DNA of 64,000 nucleotides from an uncultured Methanosarcinales archaeon (GTDB lineage Archaea; Nanobdellota; Nanobdellia; Woesearchaeales; CAZOXR01): NCBI GenBank assembly GCA_964566535.1, contig CAZMIO010000002.1, positions 136,905 to 200,904 of the forward strand, read 5' to 3'. Shown piece by piece: positions 58,198 to 64,000 of this stretch (position 1 is its first letter; each line of letters starts with the position of its first letter). The notes under the pieces were generated by a model. It saw only the letters and a program-made list of their open reading frames with translations, ran no database searches and was not told where the DNA came from. The position numbers and the translations under genes were made by a program.

Positions 58198-60678
58198 TTA
58201 CCTTAATCTTTGCAAAACCTCTCCTACTTTCCCCCTAATTCTCTCCCTATAATTCTTTGGTTTCGGATCAAAAACAGTTCTCCATGTCATAGAAGTATTG
58301 TCAATCTCAATTACTGGAAACCACTTAATTATTTTTTCAGGTGCTCCCCTGTTATACCAATGTTCCCCATTAAAATATTCTTTTCCAGAAAGATTCTGAC
58401 TGATTTCAATTAACCTTTGTATAACACTATCCTTGCATCCCCTTGTATAAAAAATTCCAGAAGCAGTCCATTTTTGTGGAAGAACCTCATTATATAAACT
58501 CCTATTAAATTTCATAACAGAAACAATTGGTTCCCTACGATCTACATGACCTGTCCTATAACTTCTTTTAGTTTCTTCATCAACTGCATCATATGTTTTT
58601 GCATCCTTAATATAACTTTCATATATATAACCGTAATCAAAAACAACACCAATAGACCCACCAATTTCAAATTCATCAGTCCATTCGACCATCTCACTCC
58701 ATACCATCTTTTCTATTTCAAGAAGTCGGTAATATCCATCACGTTTAATAATAGAACAACTTGGATTATAACTATCTGGATTTTCGATATTATAGATTAT
58801 ATTCCCAAACGGATCACTCTTTTTTTCCTTCCCTCCTGCAGCACCACCTGAAAATGCATTTGTAACATGGCAGCATAAGAAACCTAGAGAATTTAAACCC
58901 TGAAAAGTAACATACCTGGCATCACTCATCCGTTCCCTATATCTATCAATTGCATATTTCAATCCTTTTTTAAAATTAAGCCCCATCACAAGAATATCAA
59001 TATTTACCTTCTTAAGAAAACGATAATTTGACATATAAACATTCCAAGTCTCTTCAAAATCACCAAGATTTCTAATTGACACACTAAATTTTGGAATAAA
59101 ATAATCTAATAAAGGAATAATCTCTCTATAAAATATGGACTCTATAAAATTAATTATCTGATCAAATACAGAAATAACTCTGTCAAAATTCTCCTCAGTA
59201 ATAGTATGTTTTATTAAATATAAACACCTAAAAATTAAACCGGAGATATAAGGTCTATCATTATTATACCTACTTGATTTTTTTGCAATATCTTTAAGTC
59301 CATTAAATATATTAATAAAATTATCCTTGTTGATAATATGCTGAACAGAAGAAAGGCCATACAACAAGACCTCTTTTGAGCATTTTGGTGCACTATCTTT
59401 AATAGACTTCAGTTCACGAAAAATAAAATTAAAATTCCCCCTTGTTATGATGTGCCTGACAAAAGGCAATGCTTTTGATATTGTTGGGTCATGATTTCCA
59501 TCTGGTGAAAAAAGGTCACCACTTTTCTCTCCTTCTAATAACTTTTCGAAAACTTCCTGCCAATTCTCCGAGGTGATAATATCTTTTACAGAGGGGATCC
59601 CTCTTGAAAATAACCATTTACTTTCTTCTTTTCTAAAAGCAAGGTTCCTAAGTCCAATCTCAATCTCACCCCAATTATCAGGCCGGATAATGTGTTTTAT
59701 TGCAGGAAGGGTAAATATAAATAGCAGATCTGAATATGGACCTGAGACCTCTACCAACCTAACTAATCCTTCCCACGTATCCCTATTGATAATCTCCTTA
59801 ACTTTGGGTAGACCATGTGCAAGAAGTGCAAAAGAACTATTTTTTGATGCATTTATCATCCTCATAATGCCGGACCATGTCCCAACTGAGATCAAATCAG
59901 AAATATTAGGAAATCCCTGGATTAGAAGAGGTCGATAATTAGTCGGAGCAATCCTAACAATCTTCTTAAAATCATCTAAAACGCTCTTAAAACCAAATTC
60001 AGAGATAATATCTCTAACAACAGGTATTCCATAAGCAAGAACATAATATAGTTGATAACTTCCAACCTCAAACTTAAATTGTATAATCTCTTCCCAATTC
60101 TCCTCATTAATTAGGTCAGCAACAGCAGGAAATCCCTTATGAAACAGTTCATTATATTCATCAAAACCAGCTCGAAACACCATTGTATCATTCCAGTGTT
60201 TTACTAAGAACAATCCCAATTCAAAATGTTTCCTTACTGGAAATCCCCATTTCTTAAGCTTCCTAAACTTCCCCCTATATCTTAAATACAATGCCCTCTT
60301 AGAAAGGCCCATCTTCCCTTCTTTTAAATCCCTTTTTTCATCATCTATTTCTTCAAAGACCTCTTCAATATCTGAACAAGCCCGTTTTAACCACCTTTCT
60401 CTAATCTTTCTTTTTGATATGTACCCTGGTGCTTCAGCTTTTTTTAGAGATTTCAGGAAATGTCTAAGGTAGGTGTTCCCTCTTCTATCAGAATGTAAAC
60501 TTCTAATTAGATATGCAACTTTGCTGACTTCACCATCTAATTTTCCTAATTCCCTTCTAAACTTCTTAATATCAATAAAATGTGTGTGTCTCCTAAAATC
60601 CTCCATAATATCTGTCCAGTATCGATGGATATTAGTTTCCTCATCAGATAATACTTCAATAGTCCCTTCTCGGTTCAT
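58198..60678 (-). CDS. large HEAT/PBS-lyase-like repeat protein with unassigned C-terminal domain
   Basis: Track ORF starts at GTG 60699; first ATG 60676-60678 (MNREGTIEVL...), 826 aa. About ten tandem 33-38-aa repeats with core G-[FIL]-P-x-[VI]-x-[DEH]-[IL]-I-x3-N-[WF]-x2-[IV] (e.g. GIPSVKDIITSENWQEV). This is followed by an about 300-aa aromatic/Arg-rich domain with no recognisable family. Confidence 0.65.
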   Translation of the reverse strand: MNREGTIEVLSDEETNIHRYWTDIMEDFRRHTHFIDIKKFRRELGKLDGEVSKVAYLIRSLHSDRRGNTYLRHFLKSLKKAEAPGYISKRKIRERWLKRACSDIEEVFEEIDDEKRDLKEGKMGLSKRALYLRYRGKFRKLKKWGFPVRKHFELGLFLVKHWNDTMVFRAGFDEYNELFHKGFPAVADLINEENWEEIIQFKFEVGSYQLYYVLAYGIPVVRDIISEFGFKSVLDDFKKIVRIAPTNYRPLLIQGFPNISDLISVGTWSGIMRMINASKNSSFALLAHGLPKVKEIINRDTWEGLVRLVEVSGPYSDLLFIFTLPAIKHIIRPDNWGEIEIGLRNLAFRKEESKWLFSRGIPSVKDIITSENWQEVFEKLLEGEKSGDLFSPDGNHDPTISKALPFVRHIITRGNFNFIFRELKSIKDSAPKCSKEVLLYGLSSVQHIINKDNFINIFNGLKDIAKKSSRYNNDRPYISGLIFRCLYLIKHTITEENFDRVISVFDQIINFIESIFYREIIPLLDYFIPKFSVSIRNLGDFEETWNVYMSNYRFLKKVNIDILVMGLNFKKGLKYAIDRYRERMSDARYVTFQGLNSLGFLCCHVTNAFSGGAAGGKEKKSDPFGNIIYNIENPDSYNPSCSIIKRDGYYRLLEIEKMVWSEMVEWTDEFEIGGSIGVVFDYGYIYESYIKDAKTYDAVDEETKRSYRTGHVDRREPIVSVMKFNRSLYNEVLPQKWTASGIFYTRGCKDSVIQRLIEISQNLSGKEYFNGEHWYNRGAPEKIIKWFPVIEIDNTSMTWRTVFDPKPKNYRERIRGKVGEVLQRLR

Positions 60679-60783
60679 ATCAGACTTATTAGAAAACACT
60701 TATATAAAATTACCTATAACTAGAATATACAATTAAATTTAAATACCCATCCAAATCCTAATACCTTACAGAGGACAAATAAA

Positions 60784-62421
60784 ATGCATTCAGACATAAT
60801 AAAGAAAGATATAGCAACCCTACCTCATAGAGCGCTACTATTATCAGCAGGCGTAAAGCCAGAAGACCTAGAATCTAACAAACCATTCATTGGAGTTGCA
60901 AATTCCTACAACAATATCATCCCAGGACACATTCACTTAGACAAACTAACAGACGAAGTAATGAAAGGGATAAGAGACGCAGGAGGAATTCCATTTGTCT
61001 GGGGAGTTCCAGGCGTTTGCGATGGAATTGCAATGCATGTAGAGATGCGCCTCTCATTACCATCAAGAGAACACATAGCAGACAACATAGAAATCATGAC
61101 CTTATCACATTCAATGGACGGCTGGGTTGGAGTAACTAACTGCGACAAAATAACTCCAGGAATGCTTATGGCAGCTGGAAGAATAAACCTCCCTGCTATC
61201 ATGATTACAGGCGGACCAATGAAAGCCAATGTAAAAGATGGAGTAAAGCACCATCCAATCGAAGGTTTTGGCGTAGTTGGAGAAGTAAAAGGCGGAAAGC
61301 TCTCAGAAAAAGAAGCAAACGCCCTCCTACCATGCATGACTTGCGGAGCAGGCTCTTGTGTTGGATTATTCACTGCAAACACAATGGCAACCGTAACAGA
61401 AGTTTTAGGCATGTCCTTAACCAAATGTTCAACAACTCTAGCAGACGACCCAGAAAAAAAGAAACAAGCTTACGAATCAGGAAAAAGAATTGTAGAGTTA
61501 GTAAAAAAAGACCTAAAACCAAAAGACATCATGACAGCAGACGCTTTTGAAAACGCAATAATGGTAGACATGGCAATGGGAGGCTCAACTAACACTGTTC
61601 TACACATCCCAGCTGTTGCAAAAGAAGCAGGAGTCGACATATCAGTAGATCACTTTGACGAAATCTCAAGAAAAACACCAAACTTATGCAAGATAATCCC
61701 TGCAGGAGACCATGAGATGGCAGACATCCATAACGCAGGTGGAGTACCAGCAGTCCTAAACAGATTAAAAGACTCCCTAAAAGACTCAAAAACAGTAAAT
61801 AATAAATCAATAATCCAAATCGCAAAAGAAGGTAAAGTAAAAGACGATGATGTAATCAGAACCCTAGACAATGCCTACATGAAACAAGGGGGAATTGCAG
61901 TTCTAAAAGGAAACATAGCACATTCATCAATAATTAAACAAACAGCAGTAGAGCCAGACATGATGACTCACCAAGGACCTGCAAAAGTATTCCTTACAGA
62001 AGACGATTTACTAGATGCAATTGAAAAAAAGCAAATAGAAGAAGGAGACGTTATCGTCCTACCATACCAGGGACCAACAGGAGCTCCTGGAATGCCGGAA
62101 ATGTTAACTCCAACTGACACAATCAAAGGAGCAGGCTACAAACAAGTAGCATTAATCACCGACGGAAGGTTCAGCGGAGGAACATCAGGACCTTGTATTG
62201 GCCATGTTGAAATGGAAGCATACAATGGCGGACCAATAGCAGCAATTAGAGACGGAGACATAATCCAAATTGACATTCCAAACAGAACGCTAAATGTAAA
62301 ATTAAGCAATCAAGAAATAAAAGAAAGAATAAAAAAAGCAACCCCTCCAAAAAGGACGCTAACACCTTTACTAGAGTCATACAGAAAAAAGTTCGAAGGA
62401 ATTAATTGCTACGGTAAATAG
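60784..62421 (+). CDS. ilvD: dihydroxy-acid dehydratase
   Basis: 545 aa. ILVD/EDD signatures ([30 protein letters not shown]). Confidence 0.9.
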   Translation: MHSDIIKKDIATLPHRALLLSAGVKPEDLESNKPFIGVANSYNNIIPGHIHLDKLTDEVMKGIRDAGGIPFVWGVPGVCDGIAMHVEMRLSLPSREHIADNIEIMTLSHSMDGWVGVTNCDKITPGMLMAAGRINLPAIMITGGPMKANVKDGVKHHPIEGFGVVGEVKGGKLSEKEANALLPCMTCGAGSCVGLFTANTMATVTEVLGMSLTKCSTTLADDPEKKKQAYESGKRIVELVKKDLKPKDIMTADAFENAIMVDMAMGGSTNTVLHIPAVAKEAGVDISVDHFDEISRKTPNLCKIIPAGDHEMADIHNAGGVPAVLNRLKDSLKDSKTVNNKSIIQIAKEGKVKDDDVIRTLDNAYMKQGGIAVLKGNIAHSSIIKQTAVEPDMMTHQGPAKVFLTEDDLLDAIEKKQIEEGDVIVLPYQGPTGAPGMPEMLTPTDTIKGAGYKQVALITDGRFSGGTSGPCIGHVEMEAYNGGPIAAIRDGDIIQIDIPNRTLNVKLSNQEIKERIKKATPPKRTLTPLLESYRKKFEGINCYGK

Positions 62422-62433
62422 TACCTAAACAAA

Positions 62434-63312
62434 ATGGTCAACGTTCTAAACACAGTACTACCAGCATTTATAGTAATTCTCATAAGTTACATCTTTGGAA
62501 AAATAAAAAAAGTCGACATGTCAGCAGTTGTAGACATCTCAATTTACATAGCCCTACCAGCCTTAGCCTTCACTTCTATGCTTGAAAAACAAATAATCCT
62601 AAAAGATGCATTAAACATTTGGGCTTCTGCATTAATCATAATGTTCGGCTGTGGAATAGTAGCTTGGATAGTATTCAAAATTCTAAATCGAAAACATTCT
62701 GGATTATACATCCCAATCTCAATTATGAACACAGTAAACATTCCATTCCCAATAATCTTCTTAGCTTTCGGAGCAGAAGGCCTTTTTGCAGCTACATTAT
62801 TCTTCATACCAAATGCATTACTAATCTATTCCTTAGGAGTCTCCATAGCCTCAAAAAAACCCTGGAAAGAAAGCATAAAAGAAGTCCTCAAAATTCCATT
62901 AATATATGCAGCAATTCTGGGGTTAACTGTAAACCTTCTGAGAATAAATATCCCTAGCTTACTCCTAGAACCATTAAACTTCATTGGAATGATGGGAATT
63001 CCATTAATCTTAATCATTCTAGGTTACAATCTATCAAGCGTAAAAATAACCTCCTTCCCAACAACACTCTTAGCCTCATTCCTAAGAATGGGAATCGGCC
63101 TACTTTTAGGATTAGTCTCAGTAAAATTATTCAACCTAACTGGAATCATAAGATCGGTCGTAATCCTAAACTCCGCAATGCCGGCAGCAGTCTTCTCTTC
63201 AATATTAGCAACAAAATACAACAACGAACCAGATGTAGTCTCAAGCGTAGTATTCCTAACAACATTAATCAGCTTGATAACAATACCTCTCTTGTTATAC
63301 TTCTTCCCATAG
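62434..63312 (+). CDS. AEC family transporter (auxin efflux carrier / malate permease-like)
   Basis: 292 aa, about 8-10 TM helices. N-terminal LNTVLPAFIVILISYIFGK is typical of AEC/membrane transport protein family. Starts 12 nt after ilvD. Confidence 0.75.
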   Translation: MVNVLNTVLPAFIVILISYIFGKIKKVDMSAVVDISIYIALPALAFTSMLEKQIILKDALNIWASALIIMFGCGIVAWIVFKILNRKHSGLYIPISIMNTVNIPFPIIFLAFGAEGLFAATLFFIPNALLIYSLGVSIASKKPWKESIKEVLKIPLIYAAILGLTVNLLRINIPSLLLEPLNFIGMMGIPLILIILGYNLSSVKITSFPTTLLASFLRMGIGLLLGLVSVKLFNLTGIIRSVVILNSAMPAAVFSSILATKYNNEPDVVSSVVFLTTLISLITIPLLLYFFP

Positions 63313-63331
63313 ATAAAAAAGAAAAAACTAC

Positions 63332-64000
63332 CTAATCATTCTCAACTCTAGGAGCCAATATAAAACTCAAAGAAACCTTATCAACAGTTTTATACTCTAA
63401 CTTCAAAGGATAATCCTTATTAAACTGTATCAAAACATCATCAGCAACCTTAGAAGCAGTTATCATCTTCTTCAGATACTCAATGCTATACTTTGACTTA
63501 ATCTTCTCAGTACCCTCAACACCAATACTAATACCTTCTGATTCACTAATCTCAATGCTGGCATTACTTAAGTCACCTTCAGCATTAACAGTAAATTTCT
63601 TAGGCTCAGCATGTAAACTAACACTCTCTGCAACAATATCGGCATCCTCAACAGCATTTGTCAAAACCTGAGCAGGAGTCTTAATAGTTACTGGAAACTT
63701 AAGTTCAGGAACTGTCTGTTCCTTATCCTCAATCTCAATAATAGGTAAACTAAAAGTCCTAATTGTATGCCCTTTCAAAGTTACCTTCAATTTATTGTTA
63801 GCATCAAACTCCAAACTAATCATATCATTAGGAGTCACTCTCCGGAGTATCTGTTTAAAATTTGCCAAATTAATAGCAATCTCAGTCTCCTTATCCACAC
63901 TATACTCAGTAAAAGAAGAACTTAACAATTTAAAAACAACCATTGCAACATTTGCAGGATCCATTGCAACTAATTCAATTGCATCCTTAGTAACCTTAAA
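63332..64000 (-). CDS. pcn: DNA polymerase sliding clamp PCNA (C-terminal about 220 aa; N-terminus beyond window end)
   Basis: Open frame continues to the window edge (...FKVTKDAIELVAMDPANVAMVVFKL...). Conserved PCNA blocks (AMDPANVAMV, GVNLANFKQILRR, LAPRVEND C-terminus). Confidence 0.85.
   Translation of the reverse strand, partial: FKVTKDAIELVAMDPANVAMVVFKLLSSSFTEYSVDKETEIAINLANFKQILRRVTPNDMISLEFDANNKLKVTLKGHTIRTFSLPIIEIEDKEQTVPELKFPVTIKTPAQVLTNAVEDADIVAESVSLHAEPKKFTVNAEGDLSNASIEISESEGISIGVEGTEKIKSKYSIEYLKKMITASKVADDVLIQFNKDYPLKLEYKTVDKVSLSFILAPRVEND

Noticed and set aside
1-64000. CRISPR arrays, transposases, integrases, prophage regions
   Set aside because: No regularly spaced direct repeat array was seen. 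No ORF with transposase or integrase motifs. The tRNA-Trp gene is not followed by an integrase or by a duplicated tRNA 3' fragment.

Overview
This window is an AT-rich archaeal chromosome segment. Archaeal hallmarks are PCNA, Hef, PolX, AglB/STT3, geranylgeranyl reductase, an intron-containing tRNA-Trp, K/I/N-rich proteins, and Shine-Dalgarno-like AGGAGG/GGTGA motifs before several starts. I found no CRISPR array and no transposase or integrase. Gene content by region: (1) 0-18.6 kb: DUF362 (partial), HD hydrolase, PolX, AmrB/Memo1, DUF192, tRNA-Trp(CCA) with a 42-nt intron, an amino-acid permease, geranylgeranyl reductase and a B12-radical SAM enzyme. This region also holds three large signal-peptide/C-terminal-anchor surface proteins, one of them 1842 aa and saturated with N-glycosylation sequons. 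(2) 18.9-25 kb: an N-glycosylation operon, aglB (carrying an unusual repeat-bearing ~190-aa N-terminal extension)-GT2-DUF2304-GT4-cupin, preceded by a divergent promoter region full of palindromic repeats. (3) 25-34.9 kb: a compositionally atypical two-gene secreted module, a coiled-coil protein with a beta-rich C-terminal domain followed by a 2574-aa cadherin-like/dystroglycan-like tandem-repeat giant protein. (4) 35-47 kb: hef, htpX, an orphan ORF with outlier codon usage, a TPM-hypothetical-LemA membrane module, an AlaDH-like/GATase1-like/GNAT/RimK-type ATP-grasp cluster, a PRC-barrel protein, a polyprenol-kinase-like membrane protein and a solitary HerA-like ATPase. (5) 47.3-63.3 kb: a branched-chain amino-acid biosynthesis supercluster (leuA-ilvB-ilvN-leuC-leuD, leuB-ilvC, ilvD plus an AEC transporter) interrupted by three minus-strand genes (a domain-permuted PEP-utilizing enzyme, an MBL hydrolase and an 826-aa HEAT-like repeat protein), with a partial PCNA gene at the window end. 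The most unusual material is the secreted coiled-coil plus giant adhesin pair next to the glycosylation operon, the repeat-bearing AglB N-terminus, the recurring TGAGCATGCTCA palindrome motif, and several uncharacterised large proteins.
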